DNA of 64,000 bases from an uncultured Lachnospiraceae bacterium (GTDB lineage: Bacteria; Bacillota; Clostridia; Lachnospirales; Lachnospiraceae): contig CAMNFR010000002.1 in NCBI GenBank assembly GCA_946537305.1, positions 48,564 through 112,563 on the forward strand. The letters are read 5' to 3'. The position numbers and the translations under genes were made by a program. How positions within the stretch are numbered: the first letter of the stretch is position 1; every line of letters starts with the position of its first letter. Below, piece by piece: positions 1 to 8,918 of the stretch. The notes below the pieces were generated by a model, which did not search any database, was not told the DNA's origin, and saw only the letters and a program-made list of their open reading frames with translations.

Positions 1-200
1 ATGAATTCTTCGCCCTTTTGTGTCAATTCCACCCGGCGCAATCCTTTCCCCCGCACCAGAAGAGAGATGCCCAACTCTTCCTCCAACTCTTTCAGGCGAT
101 GACTTACGGTAGGCTGTGATACATACAAGATCTCTGCCGTTTTCGTCAGGCTGCCCGTCTTGGTAAGTGTCAGAAAAGTTTCAATATCTTGCTGATTCAT
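1..200 (-). CDS. LysR-family transcriptional regulator, N-terminal part (gene continues beyond left edge)
   Basis: The reverse complement from ATG (198-200) reads MNQQDIETFLTLTKTGSLTKTAEILYVSQPTVSHRLKELEEELGISLLVRG..., the canonical LysR winged-HTH N-terminus. The ORF is open-ended, so it is absent from the ORF track. It is divergent from the downstream operon. Confidence 0.8.
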   Translation of the reverse strand, partial: MNQQDIETFLTLTKTGSLTKTAEILYVSQPTVSHRLKELEEELGISLLVRGKGLRRVELTQKGEEF

Positions 201-439
201 AGGTATTCCTCCGCTCAAACGTTTTTTAAAATATGTTGGTTTCCAATGCCTTGTGTATTTTATATATGATAGCATGCCTAAAAAATATAAGCAATATAAA
301 TGATTTGAGAAAATAATATTCATTTTACTTCCTATTATGTTTGTGCTATTTATAATAACAGAACGAAACGGATGGCATCGGACCTTCGCATGGGCCCAGG
401 CGGAGATGATGTCATAGCAAGCATTAAAGGAGTTCAGCT

Positions 440-1126
440 ATGTTTGATATTATTAAGCATTATGATAAAGTATCCCCGGAACTGGTAGCAAAATTTGCAG
501 AGTTTGAAGAGAGTGCTTCCCTGCATGAGTGCATGGGCAGAAAGAACGCTTTCGGCGGCAAAGTACATCCTGTTTGGCCCGGATCCAAGGTCTGCGGGAC
601 AGCCTTCACCGTAGAAGCCCGCCCCGGGGACAATGTGATCCTGCACAAGGCCATTTCCATGCTGAAGCCCGGTGATGTACTGATGGTCGCCTACTCTGGA
701 GATACCCGCACCGGCGGTATGTGGGGCGGCATGATGAGCGCCTCCGCCAAGGCGCAGGGTTGCCTGGGACTGATTACCGATGGAGCCGTCCGTGATACCA
801 TGTTGATGAAAGAGCTGGATTTCCCGGTATTCTCCGCGGCTGTGAACGTGTGCGGAACCACCAAGGCATTCCCCGGTACCATCAATCATCCGGTCGTGAT
901 GTGTGGTGTAACGGTACATCCCGGCGATCTGGTCTTCGCGGATAACGATGATGTGGTCGTGGTTCCTAAGGAAATCGCCCAGGAGGTATACGACAAGACC
1001 TACGCCAGAGAGAAGAAGGAAGAGATTCTGCTGAAGCGGATCCTGAACCACGAAGGTACCACTTACGATCTGAGCGGATTTAACAAGATCGTGGAAACCC
1101 TGGATCTGACGGAAGAGCCCGACTAA
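440..1126 (+). CDS. RraA / 4-hydroxy-4-methyl-2-oxoglutarate aldolase-like family protein
   Basis: 228-aa ORF with an SD (aaaggag) upstream. The core PGDVLMVAYSGDTRTGGMWGGMMSASAKAQGCLGLITDGAVRD matches the conserved RraA-like family pattern. Confidence 0.85.
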   Translation: MFDIIKHYDKVSPELVAKFAEFEESASLHECMGRKNAFGGKVHPVWPGSKVCGTAFTVEARPGDNVILHKAISMLKPGDVLMVAYSGDTRTGGMWGGMMSASAKAQGCLGLITDGAVRDTMLMKELDFPVFSAAVNVCGTTKAFPGTINHPVVMCGVTVHPGDLVFADNDDVVVVPKEIAQEVYDKTYAREKKEEILLKRILNHEGTTYDLSGFNKIVETLDLTEEPD

Positions 1127-1239
1127 ACGGACAGAAGAAACATATGATCAGTCAGCACAAGAAGTAGGCTTAATAAGTGCACTGCTGCCATTAAAACGGA
1201 ACTTGCCGTAGAGGCCAAGGCTCATGGAGGAGAAGCACC

Positions 1240-1959
1240 ATGGATGAGATCAAAATTCTGATATCCGGAGATAAAGCAGTTTCCGTGCAGATGGGAGAGG
1301 AGATCAGCCTGGAGGTCAACCGCAGGGTATTGATGCTGCGGGCGGAAATGGACAGAAATCCCATTCCCGGCGTGACAGAGACCATGCCCACCTACGCCAG
1401 CCTGATGGTACATTATAATCCGGAGGTGATCCGTTATCGGGATCTCTGCAAAGAAATCAAAGTCCGGGCGGCTGCGATGCAGCCTCTCCCGGAGGGTGAA
1501 AAACGTATCGTAGAAGTACCGGTCTGTTACGGCGGTGAATATGGTCCGGATCTGGAACTGTGTGCAAAGCTGGAAAAAACCACGCCGGAGGAGATCATCC
1601 GGAAGCATTCTCAGCATGATTATTATGTTTACATGCTGGGGTTCGCACCGGGACATCCTTACGCAGCGCGGTTTGCAGAGCCCTACAGCTTCAAACGAAG
1701 AGAGACAGCCCGGGTCATGATTCCCGGAAGGTCCGTGGTCGTTCAGCAGAATCTGTCGGATCTGATTCCTTTTGACCAACCCTGCGGCTGGAACATTATT
1801 GGGCAGACGCCCTGTGATATCTGCAATTATAAAAAAGAAGATCCTTTTCTGGTGCATGCCGGAGAATGGATCCGCCACCGGCCGGTGACGCCGGAGGAAT
1901 ATCAGGAAATCCGCGCTCGGGTGGAAGAAGGAACCTGGGAGCGTACAATTATTTCGTAA
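1240..1959 (+). CDS. pxpB: 5-oxoprolinase subunit B family protein (KipI/PxpB-like)
   Basis: 239-aa ORF. GDKAVSVQMGEEISLEVNRRV and YMLGFAPGHPY fit the KipI/PxpB family. The gene order B-C-A matches known pxpBCA operons. Confidence 0.8.
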   Translation: MDEIKILISGDKAVSVQMGEEISLEVNRRVLMLRAEMDRNPIPGVTETMPTYASLMVHYNPEVIRYRDLCKEIKVRAAAMQPLPEGEKRIVEVPVCYGGEYGPDLELCAKLEKTTPEEIIRKHSQHDYYVYMLGFAPGHPYAARFAEPYSFKRRETARVMIPGRSVVVQQNLSDLIPFDQPCGWNIIGQTPCDICNYKKEDPFLVHAGEWIRHRPVTPEEYQEIRARVEEGTWERTIIS

Positions 1960-1972
1960 AGAGGAGGAAGTC

Positions 1973-2923
1973 ATGGGAATACTGGTAAAGGAACCGGGTA
2001 TTTTTACCACGGTACAAGACGGGGGCCGGGTCGGTTTCCAGCAGTATGGCGTGACCCCTTCCGGTCCTATGGATGAGAGGGCGTTTGCCCAGGCCAACCT
2101 GTTGGTGGGCAATCTGGAAGGAACGGAAGAGCTGGAGATGACATTTTCCGGCGGAAGATACCTCTTTGAAGAAGCGGCCGTGATTGCTCTGACAGGGGCA
2201 GACATGAAGCCGACCGTAAACGGAGAGCCGATTCCTATGTACCGCGCCGTGAGCATCGCGGCAGGACAGGAACTGGTGTTAGGATTTGCGGTGAACGGCT
2301 GCCGCACATACATGGCAGTGACCGGTGGACTGGAGGTAACTCCGGTCATGGGATCAAAGGCAACCCTGGCGGGCAAGCACCTGGGAGGAATAGATGGAAG
2401 AAAAATTATGGCGGGGGATAACATCGGCCTCACGGCTTCGGTGCCCGCGCTGAAAGACCAGGCAAAAAGAGTGTTTTCCCGCACCTCTTACCCTCGGAAG
2501 GAGATCACGCTCCGCGTGGTTCCCGGGCCGCAGAACAACGGCTTTTCCAGAGAGGAATACCGGAAATTCTTCTGGTACGGTGCGGAAATCACCAATGAAT
2601 GTGACCGCCAGGGATGCCGCCTCCAGCGAAAAGAACCGGTCCGGCATATCGGAGACGGCAACATTATCAGCGATGGTATTGCGTTCGGCTCCATTCAGAT
2701 TCCCCCGAACGGTCAGCCGATCATCATGATGGCTGACCGGCAGACGGTGGGAGGATACCCGAAAATAGGAACAGTGATCTCTGTGGACCTGCCGCTGCTG
2801 GCCCAGGCCAGGCCCGGCATGAAGGTGCGGTTCGTAGAGGTTGGCATAGAGCTTGCGCAGGAGCTTTATCTGCGAGAAAAGCAGACAAGAAAGCAGATCG
2901 CGGAGCGTTGGGGCAATGCCTGA
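1973..2923 (+). CDS. pxpC: 5-oxoprolinase subunit C family protein (KipA/PxpC-like, biotin-independent carboxyltransferase-like)
   Basis: 316-aa ORF. KEPGIFTTVQDGGRVGFQQYGVTPSGPMD and DRQTVGGYPKIG are hallmarks of the KipA/PxpC family. Confidence 0.8.
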   Translation: MGILVKEPGIFTTVQDGGRVGFQQYGVTPSGPMDERAFAQANLLVGNLEGTEELEMTFSGGRYLFEEAAVIALTGADMKPTVNGEPIPMYRAVSIAAGQELVLGFAVNGCRTYMAVTGGLEVTPVMGSKATLAGKHLGGIDGRKIMAGDNIGLTASVPALKDQAKRVFSRTSYPRKEITLRVVPGPQNNGFSREEYRKFFWYGAEITNECDRQGCRLQRKEPVRHIGDGNIISDGIAFGSIQIPPNGQPIIMMADRQTVGGYPKIGTVISVDLPLLAQARPGMKVRFVEVGIELAQELYLREKQTRKQIAERWGNA

Positions 2924-3006
2924 GACGGCGGCTCCGGAAATCATCAACAAGCAGTAAATAAGCCGGAAATGCGAGCGCGCGGCATAGGCGGCTGAAGGAG
3001 GAACCC

Positions 3007-3765
3007 ATGTTTTGTGTAGACCTGAACAGTGATGTTGGGGAAAGCTTTGGCGCTTACACCCTGGGAGATGACGAAGAGATCCTGAAACATGTGACGGCGG
3101 TGCAGGTGGCCTGCGGCTGGCACGCGGGAGATCCAATGGTAATGGATAAGGTTGTCAGGATGGCAGCGGAACGCGGCATTGCCGTAGGCGCACATCCCAG
3201 CTTCCCGGACCTGATGGGATTCGGAAGACGGAAGATGATGCTGTCCTTTGCTGAAGCCAAAAACTATGTGAAATATCAGATCGGAGCGCTGTCCGCCTTT
3301 ACGAAGACCTACGGCATCCCGATCCATCACATGGCGCCGCACGGAGCCATGGGCAACATGGTCCAGGACGATGTACAGCTGGCGCGCGCTATCTGCGAGG
3401 CGGTCTATGAGATCGATCCGGAAATCATTGTTTACTACTGCGCCGGAGCGGTGCTGGGAGAAGAGGCAGAAAAGATCGGCCTGCGCACGGCCTGCGAGAT
3501 CTTCGCGGACCGCGCCTACGAGGATGACCTTTCCCTGCGCTCCCGCAAGCTTCCCGGTGCCATGATCACCGATGAAGAAGAGTCTATCAAGCGTTGTATC
3601 CGGATGGTCAAAGAAGGGAAAGTGACATCCTATTCCGGAAAGGATCTGGACATCAAGGGAGATACGCTCTGCGTTCACGGGGATGGTCCCAAGGCCATTG
3701 CTTTCGTAAAACGCATTCACGAAGAATTCACCAAGGAAGGCATCGCAATACAGGCGTTCCGATAA
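3007..3765 (+). CDS. pxpA: 5-oxoprolinase subunit A family protein (LamB/YcsF)
   Basis: 252-aa ORF. DLNSDVGESFGAY, ACGWHAGDP and GAHPSFPDLMGFGRR are LamB/YcsF signatures. Confidence 0.88.
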   Translation: MFCVDLNSDVGESFGAYTLGDDEEILKHVTAVQVACGWHAGDPMVMDKVVRMAAERGIAVGAHPSFPDLMGFGRRKMMLSFAEAKNYVKYQIGALSAFTKTYGIPIHHMAPHGAMGNMVQDDVQLARAICEAVYEIDPEIIVYYCAGAVLGEEAEKIGLRTACEIFADRAYEDDLSLRSRKLPGAMITDEEESIKRCIRMVKEGKVTSYSGKDLDIKGDTLCVHGDGPKAIAFVKRIHEEFTKEGIAIQAFR

Positions 3766-3783
3766 TCTAAGAGGAGAAAAATC

Positions 3784-5130
3784 ATGAATCAGAAAAAAGG
3801 CGGAATGAGCATTTCCAAAAAAATGCTGATCGCTCTGGTGAGCGGACTGATCGTAGGTATTGTTTTTATGATGATCCATCGCAGCATGGTGACATCCGGC
3901 AATGAAGCAGGATGGAACATGATCAATAAGCTGCTGTTTCAGGATATCACCGTGCCGGACGGCGTGGGTGCCATCGGTCTCTTTTACATCATCGGTCAGA
4001 TCTTTATGAAGGGTCTGCAGGCAGCCGTTGTACCGCTGGTGCTGGTATCCCTGAGCCTGGCGCTCTGCAGTATTTCCAATTCCACCAAGCTGGGCCGCAT
4101 TGCCGGCAAGACGTTGGCTGGATTCTTTATCTTCTACTGTGTAGGCGCACTGATCGCCTGCGTGGTAGCGTTCCTGATCAAATCTGCCGGTCTGTTCAAT
4201 GTGACCATCGCCGGTGAAGGATTGGGCGAAGCCGCCACCATCGACGCCTTCAACCCGCTGGCCGTTATTGTAAATGCGGTTCCGAACAATATTACATCTG
4301 CTTTCAGCACCAACAACAGCATCCTGGCGGTCGTCTTCACTGCCGTTGTTATCGGTATCTGCATGAACGCCCTGGGCGAGAAGGCAGAACCGCTGAAGAA
4401 GGTGTTCGAAAGCGCCAATGAGATCATCCAGATGTACCTGAACTTCCTGATCGAGAAGGTCGGCCCCATCGCCATCTTCTGCCTGGTCACCCGCACCTTC
4501 GCCATCTACGGCGTAGAGTATCTGGCGCCTGCGGCTACGTATGTGATTTCCGCTATGGCGACCTTGCTGATCACCTGCTGCGTGATCTACCCGCTGGGCA
4601 TTATGATAACCACGGGCCTGAATCCTATGCAGTTCCTGAAGAAGATTGCCAAGGTTGGCGTTTTTGGTTTCTCCGTGAACTCCTCCGCCGCCACCCTGCC
4701 CCTGAATACTCGCACCAACCTGCAGGAGCTCGGCTGCGGCGAGGAGATCACCTCTTTCGTACTGCCTACCGGCATGACCATCAATATGAACGGTACCACC
4801 ATGATGCATATGTTCGCCGTTACCTTTATTGCGACGGCCGCCGGCATCGAGGTGACTCCGGCCAACATGATCGTTATGGCACTGCTTTCCATCTGCGCGG
4901 CAGCCGGCACACCGGCCATCCCGATTGCAGGTACAACGATGATTTTTACCGTTCTCTCCGGCATGGGCTGGACGACAGACGCCTGCCTTCTGGGTTATGC
5001 ACTGGTCGTGGCTATTAACCGGCCGGTGGAAATGGCACTGCTGCCTCTGAACGTTATCGGTGATGCGGCGGTCAACGTAATCGTCAACGCCAGCGAGGGC
5101 GAGCTGAACAAGGAAATGTACAATTCATAA
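3784..5130 (+). CDS. Dicarboxylate/amino acid:cation symporter (DAACS family)
   Basis: 448-aa polytopic membrane ORF. SSAATLP and NMNGT motifs are characteristic of GltP/SstT-type symporters. Confidence 0.88.
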   Translation: MNQKKGGMSISKKMLIALVSGLIVGIVFMMIHRSMVTSGNEAGWNMINKLLFQDITVPDGVGAIGLFYIIGQIFMKGLQAAVVPLVLVSLSLALCSISNSTKLGRIAGKTLAGFFIFYCVGALIACVVAFLIKSAGLFNVTIAGEGLGEAATIDAFNPLAVIVNAVPNNITSAFSTNNSILAVVFTAVVIGICMNALGEKAEPLKKVFESANEIIQMYLNFLIEKVGPIAIFCLVTRTFAIYGVEYLAPAATYVISAMATLLITCCVIYPLGIMITTGLNPMQFLKKIAKVGVFGFSVNSSAATLPLNTRTNLQELGCGEEITSFVLPTGMTINMNGTTMMHMFAVTFIATAAGIEVTPANMIVMALLSICAAAGTPAIPIAGTTMIFTVLSGMGWTTDACLLGYALVVAINRPVEMALLPLNVIGDAAVNVIVNASEGELNKEMYNS

Positions 5131-5193
5131 GAAAATACCGGACGCGCCGGGGGACGACTCCGGCGCGCCTTTCAGAAGAGTGAGGATATTACA

Positions 5194-6378
5194 ATGAGCT
5201 TTGAGACTGCAAAAAGAATGGAGGCACTGCCGTTTTCCGGAATCCGTGTAATGATGGAGCGGGCGAACCGCATGCAGAAAGAAGGAGCCGATATCATTCA
5301 TATGGAGATCGGACGGCCGGATTTTGATACTCCGGAGGTGATCAAGCAGGCGGCCTATGACAGCCTGGCCAAAGGGCACGTTTTCTACACCTCCAACTAC
5401 GGCATCCCTGCCCTGCGGGAGGCCATTGCCGAAAAGCTGACCAAGGAAAACGGCGTAGCCTATGCCCCGGAGGAGATTTTGGTAACCATCGGCGTGGGTG
5501 AGGGTACCTATGCGGCGGTGGCTGCTTTCTGCAACCCCGGCGAGGAGATCCTGGTCCCCAATCCTGTGTGGCTGAACTATATCCACGTGCCGAACTTTTT
5601 TGGCGCGGTTCCGGTGGCTTATGATCTGAAGGAAGAAAGAGACTATCAGATTGATGTAGAAGAGCTGGAAAGCAAGATCACAGACAAGACCCGCATGCTG
5701 GTCATCAATACCCCCGGCAATCCGACCGGCGCCGTGCAGACACGGGAGACGCTGGAGCAGCTGGCAGATCTGGCAAAACGGCATGACCTGATCGTGGTAT
5801 CGGATGAAATCTACGAGAAACTGGTCTACGGGGATACAAAGCATGTCAGCATCGCTTCTCTTCCCGGCATGAAGGAGCGGACCATCACGCTGAACGGCTT
5901 CTCCAAGTGCTATTCCATGACCGGCTGGCGCCTGGGCTACGCCGCGGCGCCGGTATCCATGATCCAAGGCATGGTCAGGGTCCATCAGTATATCAATACC
6001 TGCGCCTCTTCCTTTGTACAGGAGGCCGGCGTGGTGGCGCTGAAAAAAGCGGAGCCGGATGTTCAGATCATGGTGAAAGAATACGAACGCCGCAGAAACT
6101 ACGCCGTTAAGGCGCTGAATGCCATGGAGGGAATCAGCTGCAGAACACCCGGCGGCGCCTTCTATATCTTTGTGAATGTAAAATCACTGGGAAAGACCTC
6201 TGCAGAGGTGGCGGATTATCTGTTGGATCACGCTCATGTGGCTACGGTCCCGGGATCCGCATTCGGCGAGGGCGGCGAAGGCTACATCCGTCTGTCCTAT
6301 GCGACTGCATATGATCAGATCGTAGAAGCTATGAAACGTATGGAAAAGGCCTTTAATGAACTCAGGGAGGATAAATAA
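5194..6378 (+). CDS. Pyridoxal-phosphate-dependent aminotransferase, class I (aspartate aminotransferase-like)
   Basis: 394 aa. NTPGNPTGAV, SDEIYEKLVY and SKCYSMTGWRLGY (PLP-lysine context) are present. Confidence 0.9.
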   Translation: MSFETAKRMEALPFSGIRVMMERANRMQKEGADIIHMEIGRPDFDTPEVIKQAAYDSLAKGHVFYTSNYGIPALREAIAEKLTKENGVAYAPEEILVTIGVGEGTYAAVAAFCNPGEEILVPNPVWLNYIHVPNFFGAVPVAYDLKEERDYQIDVEELESKITDKTRMLVINTPGNPTGAVQTRETLEQLADLAKRHDLIVVSDEIYEKLVYGDTKHVSIASLPGMKERTITLNGFSKCYSMTGWRLGYAAAPVSMIQGMVRVHQYINTCASSFVQEAGVVALKKAEPDVQIMVKEYERRRNYAVKALNAMEGISCRTPGGAFYIFVNVKSLGKTSAEVADYLLDHAHVATVPGSAFGEGGEGYIRLSYATAYDQIVEAMKRMEKAFNELREDK

Positions 6379-7344
6379 ATGAAGATCGTTGTATTGGACG
6401 GATATACGGAAAACCCCGGGGATCTTTCCTGGGAGAGACTGGAAGCACTGGGCGAGTGTGTGGTCTACGACCGCACCTCCTATGAGGAATCTCCGCTGAT
6501 CGCAGAGCGCATCGGGGATGCACAGATTGCTGTCATCAACAAAACACCCATCAGCCGAGCCACCATGGATGCCTGCCCCAATCTGAACGCGATCGCCGTG
6601 CTTGCGACCGGCTACAATGTGGTAGATGTGGAAGCTGCGAAAGAAAAGGGAATCGTAGTTATGAACGTGCCCACCTACGGCACCCAGATCGTAGGACAGT
6701 ATGCGGTCGGCCTGCTGCTGGAGATCTGCTCTCACTACGCCCATCATGACGCAGCCGTGAAGGAAGGCCGTTGGGAGCACAACGATGACTGGTGCTTCTG
6801 GGATTACCCCATGATCGAGCTCTACGGTAAGACCGCCGGTGTGATCGGGCTGGGCCGCATCGGTCAGGCTACCGCGAAGATCTTGAATGCATTGAACATG
6901 AAGGTGCTTGCGTATGATGCATATCAGAGCGAGGCAGGAAAGGCTGTGGCAGAGTATGTCCCTCTGGATGAGCTGTATGCCCGCTGCGATGTCATCTTCC
7001 TGCACTGCCCGCTGTTCCCCTCCACTGAGGGAATGATCAATAAGGAAAGCATCGCCAAAATGAAGGATGGCGTGATTCTGATCAACAACAGCCGCGGCCA
7101 GCTGGTCGTGGAGCAGGATCTGGCGGATGCTCTGAATTCCGGCAAGGTCTATGCAGCGGGTCTGGACGTTGTTTCCACAGAGCCCATCCGCGGGGACAAC
7201 CCTCTGCTGACGGCAAAGAACACCATCATTACACCCCACATTTCCTGGGCCGCACAGGCCGCCAGACAGCGAATCATGGATATCACGGCGGATAACCTGG
7301 AGGCTTACCTGGCAGGAAGCCCGGTAAACGTGGTAAACAAGTGA
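6379..7344 (+). CDS. D-isomer-specific 2-hydroxyacid dehydrogenase (glycerate/hydroxypyruvate reductase-like)
   Basis: 321 aa. It has the GVIGLGRIGQATAK Rossmann motif plus NNSRGQLV, DVVSTEP and ITPHISW. The ATG directly abuts the upstream stop. Confidence 0.9.
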   Translation: MKIVVLDGYTENPGDLSWERLEALGECVVYDRTSYEESPLIAERIGDAQIAVINKTPISRATMDACPNLNAIAVLATGYNVVDVEAAKEKGIVVMNVPTYGTQIVGQYAVGLLLEICSHYAHHDAAVKEGRWEHNDDWCFWDYPMIELYGKTAGVIGLGRIGQATAKILNALNMKVLAYDAYQSEAGKAVAEYVPLDELYARCDVIFLHCPLFPSTEGMINKESIAKMKDGVILINNSRGQLVVEQDLADALNSGKVYAAGLDVVSTEPIRGDNPLLTAKNTIITPHISWAAQAARQRIMDITADNLEAYLAGSPVNVVNK

Positions 7345-7371
7345 TAGAATCGAAAGGACTTGGGAAGGCCT

Positions 7372-7880
7372 GAAAAATCTGAAGAGATGCCGTCGATTCT
7401 CCGGGGCTAACCGATTGCCTTGGGAGCGGCTGTGATGCAGGTCGCGGGACAGTACGCCCCATGCCTAAAGGTAAGATTTCGAATTTACACCACATTCAGG
7501 ACATGTCTTTCAGGACTCGGCTCGACACATGCCGCGGTGCATGGTGTGGCGCAAGTGGTACATGTCGTGACACATGTCGCGGTGCAAAATCTAGGGTAGC
7601 GATAAATTTTTAATACCTCGGAATTTGCACAACATACCATTTATGACCTTTGAAAAGAGTGAAATGTGCAATATTCAAGGTCGTACAATAGATTTGCTAC
7701 CCTTTTTGATCCTTTCTGCTTGATTCAGAGACGAAAAAAGGGTGGCAAATCTTGTTTATTTCCCGGGTTATTGCACAAATCAATTTTGATATAGGAGTCC
7801 TGTGTCCGGGATGTGCAAAAATCCGGAGTCGCAAAGATCGTTTGCTACCCCTGGTTTTTGCACAGAAATTCTTTCGGCTC
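7372..7880. repeat. Left palindrome-rich repeat mosaic (inverted copy of 56400-56775)
   Basis: The reverse complement of 7620-7880 aligns by eye with 56400-56650. Shared strings include tgtgcaaaa, (a)gatttgctaccctttt..aaaagggt(a/g)gcaaatct, ccttgaatattgcaca and cataaatggtat(a/g)ttgtgcaaa. Weaker similarity continues to about 7372 / 56775 (ttagccccggagaatcgac vs ttaagccccaaagaatcgac). No credible ORF. Confidence 0.6.
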
Positions 7881-8449
7881 CGCACCTGTGCCAAACTGGT
7901 CTATTTGATTCGTAACCTGACACTAATGCAGTCATATGGCACAAAACAAGTGCCAGGCGCCTGAAAAATGACATTCTGAGCAGGTGGATGGGGAGACATA
8001 TTTAGTGGGTATAGGCAAAATAGCACAAACGCGGAGCCGGAAGTTTTTCTGTGACAGATTGTGCCATTGCGGAAAGGATCATGGCAATTCTATTTTATGC
8101 TGTTCGTTAATTAACTAAATCTTCGTTCCAGTACCCATAACCTTTAGCGATTATCCTTGTTTGTCATGTGATTTTGATCCGTTTTGACTTTTGATTGTTC
8201 GTGTTGCAAGCATTTCCTGATAACAGTTCCCCTGTTTTGTTCTCGTTGAGGGTCCTGACAAGGGTACTGTTTTTGACTTGCCGGTGATATACGAACATTT
8301 TCGACCTAAAGCCTCACAAAAGCATTAAAAACCGGTCTATTTCGGGGGTACTGAAATTTAGCAACATTGAAATTACGAACGTAGCCAAGAGATATCCATA
8401 ATTTCTGGTCAGCAGCGGTGATTCAATACGGGAATAACAGAGCTCCCAG

Positions 8450-8650
8450 CTGCCGGAATGATATCTCCAAAGAAAACGGTAGGCCGGCGCAGGGTTTCTT
8501 CACAGCGAACTTCGACGTGTTGGAGCGCTGATCGTCTATTAAAGCAAGTCCCCATGGCATTTATAAAGCCCGCGCGGAAACACGTTCGGATAAGTTCGCC
8601 GCGAAGAGGCCCGGAGTGGCCGTGTTTTCGTGGAGATATCATTCCGGCAG
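8450..8650. repeat. 201-bp element bounded by perfect 20-bp terminal inverted repeats (MITE-like or structured RNA)
   Basis: ctgccggaatgatatctcca (8450-8469) is the exact reverse complement of tggagatatcattccggcag (8631-8650). Imperfect pairing extends about 10 nt further inward. Confidence 0.5.
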
Positions 8651-8678
8651 CGGCAGTTGTCGATACATCCCACGTATC

Positions 8679-8830
8679 GTCCATGCCGCCATCTCACGTC
8701 CGCATCCGCGGGCGCTCGCTGTCGCGGCTTTCGCCGTATGCCAAGAAAACATTAAGCAGTCCCGGATGAGCAAGCTCCTCCGTGTCTGCTTAATGTTTCT
8801 TGGCGCATGGACTCAATGCTAACGCGCAAA
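8679..8830. repeat. Direct-repeat copy L (same orientation as 56881-57032), contains a ~19-bp stem-loop
   Basis: gtccatgccgccatctc...tcgctgtcgcggctttcgccgtatgccaagaaaacattaagcag...ctgcttaatgtttcttggcgcatggactcaatgct is near-identical to 56881-57032. It has the internal hairpin gccaagaaaacattaagcag / ctgcttaatgtttcttggc. Confidence 0.7.
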
Positions 8831-8918
8831 CCTATAGTTGTCATCTGCAATAAAGGCCCTCTTGACTTCTGCGCCATTCCATGGTTTAGTTATGGCTGTG
8901 CATGGGAGGTTATGATAC

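Noticed and set aside
1222-2484. 420-aa minus-strand ORF. The same type occurs at 6184-7239, 31793-33058, 33284-34972, 45650-46528, 47971-48717, 54399-55130 (+) and 59362-60200.
   Set aside because: All of them are antisense to ORFs with recognisable families or better start contexts. They have biased composition and no SD, so I treated them as shadow ORFs.
2944-4809. 621-aa ORF on the minus strand
   Set aside because: It lies antisense to the strongly family-matched pxpA and DAACS symporter genes. The translation is His/Gly/Arg/Asp-rich low complexity with no motifs, which is typical of a shadow ORF in GC-rich coding DNA.
8409-8822. Small ORFs (68-103 aa) on both strands. Similar ones occur at 7283-7974 and 56320-57065.
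   Set aside because: They lie entirely within palindromic repeat DNA and overlap each other on opposite strands. They have no SD, and their 'conservation' between the two flanks is explained by the DNA repeats.
8862-8905. Promoter for the AEC transporter (TTGACT ... TAGTTA)
   Set aside because: The -35 is good, but no acceptable -10 lies at 16-18-nt spacing, so I did not report it as a feature.
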